The notes under the pieces: generated by a model | What the model saw: only the letters and a program-made list of their open reading frames with translations | Told to the model about the DNA's origin: nothing | Database searches by the model: none | Shown: piece by piece, positions 29,592 to 39,767 of the stretch | Numbering within the stretch: the first letter of the stretch is position 1 | How the letters are laid out: each line of letters starts with the position of its first letter | Program-made: the position numbers and the translations under genes | From: Pedobacter sp. | Lineage (GTDB): Bacteria; Desulfobacterota; Desulfuromonadia; Desulfuromonadales; Syntrophotaleaceae | Direction: 5' to 3' | NCBI GenBank assembly: GCA_050253415.1 | Contig: JBFWJC010000004.1 | Coordinates: 284,536-348,535 of the forward strand | DNA: 64,000 nucleotides

Positions 29592-29747
29592 ATGAAATGG
29601 TTGGATAAAAACAAAAAATCAGGTCACAACCCAGCGGCCTGCCCCAGTTGTGGGTGTCCGCTTCAGGACCGAAGCTGGCAGCAGTGCCCGCGCTGCCGAC
29701 AAGAACTGCCCGGTTGCCAGGGGTGTGGAAATTGCAAAGGTCATTAA
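29592..29747 (+). CDS. Small Cys-rich feo-associated protein
   Basis: 51 aa with CPSCGC..CPRC..CQGCGNC; starts 10 nt after feoB. Confidence 0.7.
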   Translation: MKWLDKNKKSGHNPAACPSCGCPLQDRSWQQCPRCRQELPGCQGCGNCKGH

Positions 29748-29793
29748 TAACTTTCAATTCTAAAATCTGATAATTGTCAGGAGGTTTAACCCG

Positions 29794-30912
29794 ATGAAAT
29801 CGCTTTCCCGAAATTTTTTCACTGCGGTCCTTGCCGCCTCACTGATTGTATGCCCCATGACCGCTATGGCCGCTCACCCCGGCGATGGCAGCAGCGAAAT
29901 CGAAAACCTCAAACGGCGTATCGAAGCCCTGGAGGCCGAAAGGACCGAGGCAAAAGAAGAGAAGGAGAGTCCCCTGTCGTTGGGAAGTCTGGCCGACAAG
30001 ATCGCCGTGCATGGACTGATTGAGCTTGAAGCCATGTACAACAAGCCCGAAGGTGGCGATGAAAGCAGCGACCTGTCCCTGGCGACAGTGGAACTGGGGC
30101 TCGACATCCAGGCCACCGACTACCTCGGCGGCCACATCCTGCTGCTGTGGGAGGAAGGCGAAACCGAACCCGTTGATCTGGACGAGGCTGTGATCCGATT
30201 GACCTATCCCCGCCCCCTGTGGGGTGTGACGGCTGGTTTCACCGGCGGAAAAATGTATGTGCCATTCGGTAAGTTCAACAGTTTCATGATCACCGACCCA
30301 CTGACCCTGGATCTCGGCGAGACCAACCAGAGTGCCGGATTGCTGACTTTTGAAGGTGAAAAATGGCTCCTGCAGGCGGGGGCTTTCAGCGGCGAAACCG
30401 ACACCAACGGCGACAACGACACGATCGATGGTTGGGTAGCGGCGCTGGAGATTCAGCCGACGGAGCAATTCGGATTCGGCGCTTCGCTGATCAGCGATCT
30501 GGCCGAAAGCGATATCGAACTGGTCGCGGACGAAGCTTTGTACGACGAAAGCGTTATCGCCGCCTCGGCATGGATTTCATACCAGCTCGGCCAATTCGGC
30601 CTGGAAGCGGAATATGTCACCGCCCTGGACCGGTTTGAATCAGCCCTGATCGGACTCTCCGACCTGACCGGCGACCGGCCAAGCGCCTGGAACCTGGAAT
30701 TGGCCTGGATGCCTTCGGATCGTTGGCAAGTCGCTGGACGCTACGAACAGGCCGATGATTTTCAAAACGACGTAACCCGCTACGGTGCCACCGCTTCTTA
30801 CGGTCTGATTGAACATGCAGTGCTGGCGGTCGAGTACCTGCACAGCGACGCCAAGGGCCCTGACGGCGCCACCGACCATACGGTCACCGCACAACTGGCA
30901 TTCGAATTCTGA
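29794..30912 (+). CDS. Outer-membrane porin, LbtU-like
   Basis: Signal peptide, coiled-coil linker, GKMYVPFG..ITDPLTL.LGET motif, C-terminal QLAFEF. Confidence 0.8.
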   Translation: MKSLSRNFFTAVLAASLIVCPMTAMAAHPGDGSSEIENLKRRIEALEAERTEAKEEKESPLSLGSLADKIAVHGLIELEAMYNKPEGGDESSDLSLATVELGLDIQATDYLGGHILLLWEEGETEPVDLDEAVIRLTYPRPLWGVTAGFTGGKMYVPFGKFNSFMITDPLTLDLGETNQSAGLLTFEGEKWLLQAGAFSGETDTNGDNDTIDGWVAALEIQPTEQFGFGASLISDLAESDIELVADEALYDESVIAASAWISYQLGQFGLEAEYVTALDRFESALIGLSDLTGDRPSAWNLELAWMPSDRWQVAGRYEQADDFQNDVTRYGATASYGLIEHAVLAVEYLHSDAKGPDGATDHTVTAQLAFEF

Positions 30913-31071
30913 AGTTTCACAGACACTAACCCACCATAACAAACCTGCATGGGCGGCCTTTTCAGGCCGCCTGTTTTTCTGCGACAGACTGGCGCACCAC
31001 ACAAAAAAGGCCGGGACAAACCCGGCCTTTTTTCCTATCACGTGCTTCCGTTACGACCACGGGGACCGTAG

Positions 31072-31836
31072 TTACTGGAACAATCCCACCCCTCCGATGG
31101 AATAGGCCCGCCGGTTAGGCGTCCCTTTCGTCTCCGGGATATGCAGGCGACTGCCGCTCCGGAGCGGGTCGGAAAACAGTAAGGTGTGGGCAGTTTTTTC
31201 ATCGTAGGGAATCCCTACCGGGCCTTCAAACATAAAACCGAGAATATCTCCTGCCTGAACCGCCATCGGGACCGCAAGGTCAATTTGTTCCAAACCGGTG
31301 GCAGCAACCTGGAGAGGTTCGGAGACCTGAACCACTTCCCACTGTTCTTCTACCGGTCGTAAAATCAGCAGGCGCAGCCGGCAGGGGGCAATGAAATACC
31401 CCCTGACCGCCAGCAACGTGCCATTACCGGGCAACCGGTTGCCACTGTCGACCAGAGTGAGGTTTTCGTCGCCGCTATGCTGACGATTGACCAGTTCCGC
31501 ACCGATATAATCGAAGAAATCCTGCCGCAGGGAAAACTCCCTCAGGGTTTCCATTTGCTCCTGGGCAAAGCTACGCATGGCCTTGCGCAATTGGTCCGCT
31601 TCTTCCACTCGTGCACGTTTTTCCCTTTGCAGCGTACCGGAGACTCGAATCAGATCGGCAACTTTGTCATTGAGTGCGGCTTTCTCGGCAGTCAGGGTCT
31701 GGATATCTTGATGTGCCAGAGTCAGGCTTTCCTGAAGCTGTTGATTTTCTTGCCGTAAACGCTTTAAGCGATCACCCGATCCTGCGCATCCACCAAGTAA
31801 ACTCGCAACCATAACAACTATTAAAATGTGGCGCAT
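31072..31836 (-). CDS. Lipoprotein with coiled-coil region
   Basis: LLGGC lipobox, heptad-rich segment, GGAGG RBS. Confidence 0.75.
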   Translation of the reverse strand: MRHILIVVMVASLLGGCAGSGDRLKRLRQENQQLQESLTLAHQDIQTLTAEKAALNDKVADLIRVSGTLQREKRARVEEADQLRKAMRSFAQEQMETLREFSLRQDFFDYIGAELVNRQHSGDENLTLVDSGNRLPGNGTLLAVRGYFIAPCRLRLLILRPVEEQWEVVQVSEPLQVAATGLEQIDLAVPMAVQAGDILGFMFEGPVGIPYDEKTAHTLLFSDPLRSGSRLHIPETKGTPNRRAYSIGGVGLFQ

Positions 31837-32436
31837 CGATGCCTCCAGAAAAAACTCATAGCAGATATGCCACATACTTTAACAAAACATGCCGGCAGAG
31901 GAAACCCGGAACTTGTTATTTTTAGTAACATACCAGCTATCTTGCCACGAAACTTGACACATTGGAAAAACTCGAAAAGCTTTCCGCTGGAACGCTTCAA
32001 AACCTTTAAAAACCAGGCGACCGGTGTTATTCCACCAAAGATTCGTCCACGGAATGTGTCGGACGGGTTATGGAGGAGAGTGACTTTTCTTGAAACCGTT
32101 TTACAACATTCCTTATGGTCTGGTCCTCCTCAACCCTGTAGAAGTCAACCGGATTATCCTTGAGCATGTAGAATGATTTTTCACCGAGACGGAAAGTAAG
32201 CAGCACATCGACTTTCTGCATAAAACCGTTTTGACAACCTTCATTCCAATGAACTTTTCCCGCCAGATCCGCCAGATCCGCAAGATGATGGGCACGATGC
32301 AACGGTCTGCGCCATGCCTCCATAATCCATGATCCCCGCAGCAAGTCCTCCAAGGTCTGTTAAAATGAACCTGGGAAAATAGCCTTCTGCCGGAGAAAAC
32401 CATCTCCGCCACCCCGTGTATGGAGGTTCCTCTCCG

Positions 32437-33165
32437 ATGAAGACCATGCACCTGCCTTTTACCATTTTGCCACAACCGGATGAGATTACCTGCGGCCCGA
32501 CCTGCCTGCATGCCGTCTATCGCTATTTTGATCGCGAACGTCCCCTGCAGCAAGTTATCCAGGAGGTGCCGATGTTGGAGGGAGGTGGCACCCTGGCGGT
32601 ACTACTGGCCTGCCATGCCTTGCAGAACGGTTTTCGCGCCACGATATACAGCTACAAGATGCAGCTGTTCGATCCGACCTGGCTGCTGCCCGGCGGGCCG
32701 GATCTGCGTGAACGATTGCAGGCACAAATGCTGTTCAAGGATGACCCGAAGCTGCATGCCGCCTCCCGCGGTTACCTGCGGTTTCTGGAACTGGGCGGTC
32801 AATTGCGGTTGGAGGACTTGACCCTCGACCTGATCCGGCGTTACGTCAAACGCGGCTTGCCGATCATCACCGGCCTCAGCGCCACCTATCTGTACCGCAC
32901 CCCCCGCGAATATGGCCCGCAATGCGAATTTGACGATGTACGCGGCGAACCTTCAGGGCATTTTGTTGTCCTGTGCGGCTACAACCGGGACCGGCGTACC
33001 ATTGCTGTGGCCGACCCGCTACTGCCCAACCCGGTCGCAGATAAGCCAATCTACGAAGTTCCCATCGAAAGGGTGGTGTGCGCAATTTTGCTCGGCGTAC
33101 TGACTTACGATGCCAACCTGCTGATCATTCAGCCACGACACGAACGGCATCATCATGGCTCTTGA
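32437..33165 (+). CDS. Papain-fold cysteine peptidase (C39-like)
   Basis: QPDEITCGPTCL, GHFVVLCGY and VADP give the Q/C/H/D catalytic set. Confidence 0.8.
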   Translation: MKTMHLPFTILPQPDEITCGPTCLHAVYRYFDRERPLQQVIQEVPMLEGGGTLAVLLACHALQNGFRATIYSYKMQLFDPTWLLPGGPDLRERLQAQMLFKDDPKLHAASRGYLRFLELGGQLRLEDLTLDLIRRYVKRGLPIITGLSATYLYRTPREYGPQCEFDDVRGEPSGHFVVLCGYNRDRRTIAVADPLLPNPVADKPIYEVPIERVVCAILLGVLTYDANLLIIQPRHERHHHGS

Positions 33166-34639
33166 ATCCCTGATCGTCGTTGACGACCCATGTGCCTGGC
33201 CGCTCAAGATTCCGGGCACGGAACTGGTGACAGCGCGTAACTACCTGACGGAACCGGAGTATCAAACCCGGCGCCGGGTCAAGGTGTTCAATCTCTGCCG
33301 CTCCTATCGCTACCAGAGCCTGGGCTATTACGTATCCCTGCTTGCCGAGGCTCGCGGCCATCACCCCCTGCCCGGCGTCACCGCCATTCAGGACCTCAAA
33401 TCGGCCAGCATTATTCGCATCGTTTCGGATGAACTCGACGAGCTGATCCAGAAAACGCTACGCCCTCTGCGGTCCGGGGAATTCGTTCTCAGCATCTATC
33501 TGGGTCGCAATCTGGCCAAGCGTTACGACCGGCTCGGCCAGCAACTGTTCAATCTGTTTCCGGCACCGTTTCTGCGAGCCTTTTTTGTGTACAGCACCAA
33601 ACGGGAAAAGTGGCAATTGCAGAACATCTTTCCCCTGTCGACAAGTGAAATCCCTGAGGAACACCGGTCTTTTGCCCTGGATATGGCGCGCGAATATTTC
33701 CAGGGCATCCGGCCGCGACCGGTCAGGCGTAATCGCGCGCGCTTCGACCTGGCGATTCTGGTGAACCCTGACGAGGCAGAGCCTCCGTCTGACACCCGCG
33801 CCTTGCGCCGGTTTTTACGCGCCGCCCGGGAGGTAGGGTTTGCTCCGGAATTGATCGGACGCGAAGACTTCGGGAGGTTGGCCGAATTCGATGCGCTGTT
33901 TTTGCGTGAAACCACCAATGTCAATCATCACACCTACCGATTCGCGCGCCGCGCCGCCGCCGAAGGTTTGGCCGTGGTCGACCATCCTGAATCGATCCTC
34001 AAATGCTCCAACAAAGTGTTTCTGGCGGAGTTGCTGCGCCGCCATCACATAGCCATCCCGACCACCATGATTCTGCATCGCTCCACACCCGACCCGGTAT
34101 TGAAAACCCTTGGACTGCCTTGCATTCTCAAAAAACCGGACGGCTCCTTTTCCCGCGGAATGGTACGTGTCGAACAACCGGGGCACCTGCGCGGACAGAT
34201 CGCGCAACTGCTCACGCAGTCCGACCTGGTGATCGCACAGCAATATCTGCCAACCGCTTTCGATTGGCGCATCGGCGTTTTTGACCGACAGCCTCTGTAT
34301 GCCTGCCGCTACTACATGGCCGACAAGCACTGGCAGATCCTGCGCCACGCTCCCGACGGCAAGCTCCTTGACGAAGGCCGCTGGGATACCTTGCCCATCG
34401 AAGAAGTCCCGGCAACGGTCATCGCCACGGCTCTCAAGGCGGCCAACCTCATCGGCGACGGGCTCTATGGCGTGGATCTCAAGCAGGTAGGCAGACGCGT
34501 CTATGTCATCGAAATCAATGACAATCCCAATGTCGACGCCGGCGTGGAGGATGCGATCCTTAAAGATGAGCTCTACCGGCGCATCATGCAGGGCATCATG
34601 CGCCGCGTGGAACGACACAAAGGGATATCCAAGGTATGA
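33155..34639 (+). CDS. Long RimK-family ATP-grasp ligase with N-terminal RLAN-like domain
   Basis: NLCRSYRYQSLGYYVSLLAEARGH, KPDGSFSRG, FDWRIG, LYGVDLK and IEINDNP motifs. Confidence 0.88.
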   Translation: MALESLIVVDDPCAWPLKIPGTELVTARNYLTEPEYQTRRRVKVFNLCRSYRYQSLGYYVSLLAEARGHHPLPGVTAIQDLKSASIIRIVSDELDELIQKTLRPLRSGEFVLSIYLGRNLAKRYDRLGQQLFNLFPAPFLRAFFVYSTKREKWQLQNIFPLSTSEIPEEHRSFALDMAREYFQGIRPRPVRRNRARFDLAILVNPDEAEPPSDTRALRRFLRAAREVGFAPELIGREDFGRLAEFDALFLRETTNVNHHTYRFARRAAAEGLAVVDHPESILKCSNKVFLAELLRRHHIAIPTTMILHRSTPDPVLKTLGLPCILKKPDGSFSRGMVRVEQPGHLRGQIAQLLTQSDLVIAQQYLPTAFDWRIGVFDRQPLYACRYYMADKHWQILRHAPDGKLLDEGRWDTLPIEEVPATVIATALKAANLIGDGLYGVDLKQVGRRVYVIEINDNPNVDAGVEDAILKDELYRRIMQGIMRRVERHKGISKV

Positions 34640-35886
34640 ATACACCGGCCCCGTTGCATCTGTTCGAAGGAATCGGCGTCGAGCTCGAATACATAATCGT
34701 CAACCGGCACTCCCTGGCGGTGCTGCCGGTGGCCGACCAGCTTTTGGCCGCCCAGGCCGGGTGGATAACCGACGAGGTCGAGGTCGGCCCATTGCGGTGG
34801 TCCAACGAACTGGTCCTGCATGTCGTCGAGTTGAAAACCAACGGCCCGGCGACGGGCTTGCATGGCCTGACAGATCACTTTAAGGAAGGCGTTGCGGCCA
34901 TCAACCGACGATTGCAGGCATTGGACGGTCAGCTGATGCCGACGGCCATGCACCCCTGGATGGATCCCGCCCGCGACAGTCATCTGTGGCCCCACGACAA
35001 CAGTCTGATATACCAGACCTACCATCGTATTTTTGACTGTCGCGGTCACGGTTGGGTTAACCTGCAAAGCTGCCACCTGAACCTGCCGTTTTGCGGCGAC
35101 GACGAATTCGGCCGCCTGCATGCCGCCATCCGTCTTCTACTGCCGATATTGCCGGCACTGGCGGCCAGTTCGCCTTTCATGGATGGGATCCCCAGCGGTC
35201 TTCTCGACACCCGGTTGCAGGTCTACCGGGATAACCAAAAACGCATTCCTCTGATCACCGGGAGGGTCATCCCCGAACCGCTATTCACCCGCAGCGCCTA
35301 CCAGAAAGGTATCTTGCAGCCTCTGTACCGCGCCATTGCCGATTACGATCCGGAAGGCGTGTTACAGGATGAATGGCTCAATTCACGAGGTGCCATCGCC
35401 CGTTTCGACCGCAATACCATCGAGATCCGCACCCTGGATGTGCAGGAAACCCCTATGGCCGACCTGGCCATCGCCGCCGCAGTGGTTGAGGTGCTAAAAG
35501 CGCTGGTCGCCCAACGTTGGCAGCCCATATTCAGACAGCAGAACTGGCCGATGGAGCCGCTGGTAGCCATCCTCAGCGCTACTATCCGCGATGGTGAACG
35601 CGCCATGATCGACAACCGTGAGTACCTTGGCATGTTCGGATTCGACGCCCCCCGTGCGACGGCTGGAGAGCTGTGGAGACACCTCATCATAACCCTGGCC
35701 TCGGAGCACCCCGAAGAACTGCAGCCCTTCATGCCTGCACTGGAGATCATTTTGACCCACGGTCCGCTGGCACGCCGTATTCTGCAGGATCTTGGGCAGT
35801 CCCCTGACCTCGAACGGCTGGCTGAGACCTACCGTGCCTTATGTGGCTGTCTTGTCGAAGGGACCATGTTCATCCCTGGCCGATGA
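34636..35886 (+). CDS. Glutamate-cysteine ligase family 2 (GCS2) carboxylate-amine ligase
   Basis: GVELEY, ELVLHVVELKT, MHP, LAASSPF and IEIRTLD motifs. Confidence 0.85.
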   Translation: MNTPAPLHLFEGIGVELEYIIVNRHSLAVLPVADQLLAAQAGWITDEVEVGPLRWSNELVLHVVELKTNGPATGLHGLTDHFKEGVAAINRRLQALDGQLMPTAMHPWMDPARDSHLWPHDNSLIYQTYHRIFDCRGHGWVNLQSCHLNLPFCGDDEFGRLHAAIRLLLPILPALAASSPFMDGIPSGLLDTRLQVYRDNQKRIPLITGRVIPEPLFTRSAYQKGILQPLYRAIADYDPEGVLQDEWLNSRGAIARFDRNTIEIRTLDVQETPMADLAIAAAVVEVLKALVAQRWQPIFRQQNWPMEPLVAILSATIRDGERAMIDNREYLGMFGFDAPRATAGELWRHLIITLASEHPEELQPFMPALEIILTHGPLARRILQDLGQSPDLERLAETYRALCGCLVEGTMFIPGR

Positions 35887-35923
35887 CATAACTGCCGTTG
35901 ACCTTCAACCATAGGATGACGCC

Positions 35924-36646
35924 ATGCCCCTCCCGTTACAGATCTTTATAAGTTGCGAACACGCCAGCAATCGTGTCCCAAAACCTTACCAGCAACTGTT
36001 TACAGGACAGGAAGCGGTACTGGAGAGTCACCGGGGCTACGATCTCGGCATTCTGCCCTTTGCCGAAACACTCGCAGCCGAGTTCAATTCACCGCTGATT
36101 TCCGCGGATGTAACCCGACTTGTGGTCGATCTCAACCGTTCCCGCAACAGCAGGAGCCTGTTTTCCGAATTTACGCGAGGGTTGCCGGCCTGCGAGCGCG
36201 AGAAAATCCTGCGTCGTTACCATGCCCCCTACTGGAGCGCCGTGGAAGATATCGTCGCCGGAATTATCTCCACAAACAGGCGGGTGCTGCATCTGTCCGT
36301 CCACAGCTTCACCCCGATATTTCATGGCGAGATCCGCAACGCAGACATCGGGCTGCTGTACGACCCGAGCCGTACGGATGAAAAGTCCTGGTGCCTGCAA
36401 TGGCAGCAGGCCCTTACCACAAGTCACCCCGGACTGCGCATCCGGCGCAACTACCCCTATCGGGGCAATGCGGATGCGCTGGTTACGGCGTTGCGTAAGC
36501 GTTTTGCGGCTGCGAGTTACCTGGGCATCGAACTGGAGATCAATCAGCAGATCCCCCTGGAGAAACAACAACTCTGGGATACGCTCCAGCAGCAACTCCT
36601 GGCATCCCTCCGTGCTGTTCAGAAGATTCCCGGTCACATGGAGTGA
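35924..36646 (+). CDS. N-formylglutamate amidohydrolase family protein
   Basis: SCEHASN, HRGYDLG, RLVVDLNR, SVHSFTP, NYPY and ELEINQ motifs. Confidence 0.88.
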   Translation: MPLPLQIFISCEHASNRVPKPYQQLFTGQEAVLESHRGYDLGILPFAETLAAEFNSPLISADVTRLVVDLNRSRNSRSLFSEFTRGLPACEREKILRRYHAPYWSAVEDIVAGIISTNRRVLHLSVHSFTPIFHGEIRNADIGLLYDPSRTDEKSWCLQWQQALTTSHPGLRIRRNYPYRGNADALVTALRKRFAAASYLGIELEINQQIPLEKQQLWDTLQQQLLASLRAVQKIPGHME

Positions 36647-36696
36647 ATTTCGCCTAATTTTTGATACAATCGAATTATTGTCCAACAAATCACCGC

Positions 36697-36742
36697 AAAG
36701 TTGATCTCCGTCAACTTTTAAAACAAAGGTTTGAGATAGGCT
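36697..36742 (+). promoter_or_regulatory. Crp/Fnr-family (HcpR-like) site with -10 element upstream of hcp
   Basis: aaagTTGATCTCCGTCAActtt palindrome; TAGGCT at 36737-36742 places the site centre near -41.5. Confidence 0.75.
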
Positions 36743-36903
36743 GACACCAACTTCAGGATTCAACAGGTTGTGGCTCGAATACAAACACACAAACCTGACG
36801 CTACTCAGGGAAATTATCGGCGGGACATCGAACTAAACTTTTTACGTGGATACCAAAGCAGTTAACCAAGAGGCACCACGACACGCAAAACGGGAGGAAA
36901 ACC

Positions 36904-38556
36904 ATGTATTGTCATCAATGTGAACAAACGGCTAAAGGCGTAGCATGCAATATCAGCGGCGTATGCGGCAAACAACCGGAAACAGCTGCCCTGCAGGACA
37001 ACCTGCTGCAAGGCTTGCGCGGCCTGGCCTACTATGCCCATGAAGCCCGTAAGCAGGGCAAAAGCGATCCCGAAATCGATAAATTTGTGCTCGAAGGCTT
37101 ATTCGCTACGGTTACCAACGTAGACTTCGATCCGAAGCACCTGGAAAAGGTCATTGCCCGTTGTTATGATCTCGAGAAAAAGGCCATGGAGTTGGCCGGC
37201 GCCTCCTGCGGCGGCATCGGCAAACTGGTCAGCGGCATCAAAGATGTCTTCAAACCCGGACCTCCTGCCGCCGCAAAAGACTGGAAACCGGCCAGCGATC
37301 TGGTCAAACAGGGCGAAGCCTATAGTATCGAACTCCTGCATAGCGATCCGGACGTGCGTTCGGCCATCGAGATCCTTATTTACGGCCTGAAGGGAATGGC
37401 TGCGTATGCCCATCACGCGCTGATCCAGGGCAAGTCCGATGACGAGGTCTCCGCATTTTTTCTCCGCGCCCTGGCCGCCACCTGCGACCCCAACCTGGGA
37501 CTGATGGATTTCGTTGGCCTGGCCATGGAATGCGGTAAGCACAATCTCACCGTCATGGGCCTGCTCAACCAGGGACATATCGAGCATTACGGCAAACCCG
37601 AACCGACCAAGGTCAACCTCGGCACCCGCAAAGGCAAGGGCATCCTGGTTTCCGGTCACGATCTGAAAATGCTCGAAGAACTTCTCAAGCAGTCCGAAGG
37701 CAAGGGCATCAACATATACACCCATGGCGAAATGCTGCCGGCCCACGCCTATCCCGGGCTGAAAAAGTATAAGCACCTGGCCGGCAACTTCGGCGGCGCA
37801 TGGCAGGATCAGGCCAAGGAATTCCCGGGCTTCCCCGGTGCCATCATCTTCAATACCAACTGCATCCAGAAACCGGCCGCATCCTACACGGATCGCCTGT
37901 TCACCTGGGACTGCACCACCTGGCCGGGAGTCAAACATCTCGAAGGTTGGGATTTCTCGGCGGTCATCGACAAGGCCCTGGCCTGCCCCGACCTGCCGGA
38001 AGCCCCCGGCAAGGAGATTCTGGTCGGATTTGGTCATGATGCGGTACTGGGCGTAGCCGACAAGGTCATCGAAGCGGTCAAGGCCGGTGCGGTGAAGCAC
38101 TTCTTCCTTATCGGCGGCTGCGACGGCGCCAAACCGGGCCGCAACTACTACACCGAGTTCGCCGAGAAGGTGCCCAAGGATTGCGTCATCCTGACCCTGG
38201 CCTGCGGCAAGTACCGTTTCAACAAGCTGGATTTTGGCGATATCGGCGGCATCCCGCGCCTGCTCGACGTCGGCCAGTGCAACGACGCCTACAGTGCCAT
38301 CCAGATCGCAGTGGCGCTGGCCGGAGCCTTCGAATGCGGTGTCAACGATCTGCCCCTGTCGCTGATCCTGTCCTGGTATGAGCAGAAAGCGGTGGTCATC
38401 CTGCTTACCCTGCTGCACCTGGGTATCAAAAACATCAAACTCGGACCCAGCCTGCCGGCCTTCGTCACGCCGAATGTGCTGAACTACCTGGTCGAGAACT
38501 TCAACATCGCTCCGATCAGCACCCCTGACGCCGATCTCAAAGCGATCCTCGGCTGA
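36904..38556 (+). CDS. hcp: Hybrid cluster protein (hydroxylamine/NO reductase)
   Basis: MYCHQCEQT..C..GVCGK, SGHDL, THGEMLP, GGCDG, LACGKYR, GQCNDAY and SWYEQKA motifs. Confidence 0.96.
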   Translation: MYCHQCEQTAKGVACNISGVCGKQPETAALQDNLLQGLRGLAYYAHEARKQGKSDPEIDKFVLEGLFATVTNVDFDPKHLEKVIARCYDLEKKAMELAGASCGGIGKLVSGIKDVFKPGPPAAAKDWKPASDLVKQGEAYSIELLHSDPDVRSAIEILIYGLKGMAAYAHHALIQGKSDDEVSAFFLRALAATCDPNLGLMDFVGLAMECGKHNLTVMGLLNQGHIEHYGKPEPTKVNLGTRKGKGILVSGHDLKMLEELLKQSEGKGINIYTHGEMLPAHAYPGLKKYKHLAGNFGGAWQDQAKEFPGFPGAIIFNTNCIQKPAASYTDRLFTWDCTTWPGVKHLEGWDFSAVIDKALACPDLPEAPGKEILVGFGHDAVLGVADKVIEAVKAGAVKHFFLIGGCDGAKPGRNYYTEFAEKVPKDCVILTLACGKYRFNKLDFGDIGGIPRLLDVGQCNDAYSAIQIAVALAGAFECGVNDLPLSLILSWYEQKAVVILLTLLHLGIKNIKLGPSLPAFVTPNVLNYLVENFNIAPISTPDADLKAILG

Positions 38557-38580
38557 TCCGAACTTTTAACTCTCTAAGCC

Positions 38581-38611
38581 AAAGGCGGCAGGTTTCCCTG
38601 CCGCCTTTTTT
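38581..38611. terminator. Bidirectional terminator
   Basis: aaaggcggcagg-tttc-cctgccgcctttttt between convergent genes. Confidence 0.7.
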
Positions 38612-39338
38612 ATCTTCTCCCGGCCAGCAGGTCAGCAAAGCGCCGGGCATCCTCCTGCATGTGAATGGTATTGAAAAACACCAGACCTCGTTTTCGTCGG
38701 CAAAATCTGCGCAACTGATCAAGCTCAACATCGCTATAACGGTGCCGATATCCGGTCACCCCCTGTAATCGATAATAGATGGGGCCGCGACTGAGCACCG
38801 GTTCCGTGAACGGATCGGCACAATGAATCAGGCGATTGTGCCGACAGACCTCCGCTATGAGCTTATGCGGCCAACCTGCTGGAGGCGCCCAGGCCAGCAT
38901 TAAACGCCCCCTGTCGATAACATGGAAAAACTCCTCCATGCGCAACAGGTGTTCCGAGGTCGGATCAAACCCCGGCGGGCTCTGAAAAAGAATAGCCCGG
39001 GCATGCAGTAGTCCCGCCAATTCAAGCTGCGCTTGCCAAGCCGTCCGCACTTCTTCCGTGACACGAAATCCGCCGCAGCGCTCAAGCATCTGGGGCTGGT
39101 ACCCTTCATCGAGAAAACGAAAGCTGGGGCATGACGCATCGTGGGTGATGATCTGCCACGCCTTGAGACTGAACGCAAAGCCGTCAGGCGCCTGTTCCCG
39201 CCACTTCAAAACCGTCTCCGGTCGCGGCAAACGATAAAAGGTCTGCTGGATTTCCACCGCCGGAAGTTCCTGAAAATAGGTTCCTGGCGTACAGGCGAAT
39301 CCGCAACAACCTACCTTAATATCTGTACGAAAAAACAT
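38610..39338 (-). CDS. DUF72 domain-containing protein
   Basis: VGCCGF, VEIQQTFY, KAWQIITH, FQSPP and YYRL motifs. Confidence 0.85.
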   Translation of the reverse strand: MFFRTDIKVGCCGFACTPGTYFQELPAVEIQQTFYRLPRPETVLKWREQAPDGFAFSLKAWQIITHDASCPSFRFLDEGYQPQMLERCGGFRVTEEVRTAWQAQLELAGLLHARAILFQSPPGFDPTSEHLLRMEEFFHVIDRGRLMLAWAPPAGWPHKLIAEVCRHNRLIHCADPFTEPVLSRGPIYYRLQGVTGYRHRYSDVELDQLRRFCRRKRGLVFFNTIHMQEDARRFADLLAGRR

Positions 39339-39767
39339 CTACAGACTCCCTTGCCTTACCTGGTCCGGCATGCAGACCAAACCGTCAGTTATAACTGGAA
39401 TGCGCCTGTAGATATTTTACCTTTTCCAGCAAAGAAATTTCCAAAAGCCATGATTTAATGAACAATCGTCCCAAATGGGAATAAACACAAAACGGATCCG
39501 ATAAAGAGAAGCAAAGATCATTGCCGCGCGCCATAATCCAATTCACCCTAACTTCAATACCGCATAACAGGAACATTTAACGCCGCCCGTTCCAGTTTTT
39601 TTGAGGAACTTAATAATTTTCCATTTTAAAATCAAAACATTAGCTGCTACTATCCTTGATACCTGAGTCAAGAAAACATTACTCATTCAGGTAGTTCTAT
39701 ACGACAGAGTATAAGTCAGTGTTCCCGAAATGTTTCATGGTCTCCCTTGATGCGCAAAGGACATTCC

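Noticed and set aside
32027..32353. 108-aa minus-strand ORF, and short ORFs as a possible precursor peptide for the ligase operon
   Set aside because: Weak RBS, no recognisable motif, and no acidic or repetitive core; cannot be supported from sequence alone
37099..38418. Long antisense ORFs here and at 998-1900, 13570-16017, 19714-20649, 21461-22900 and 42614-43714
   Set aside because: Each lies opposite a confidently identified gene; these are codon-bias shadows
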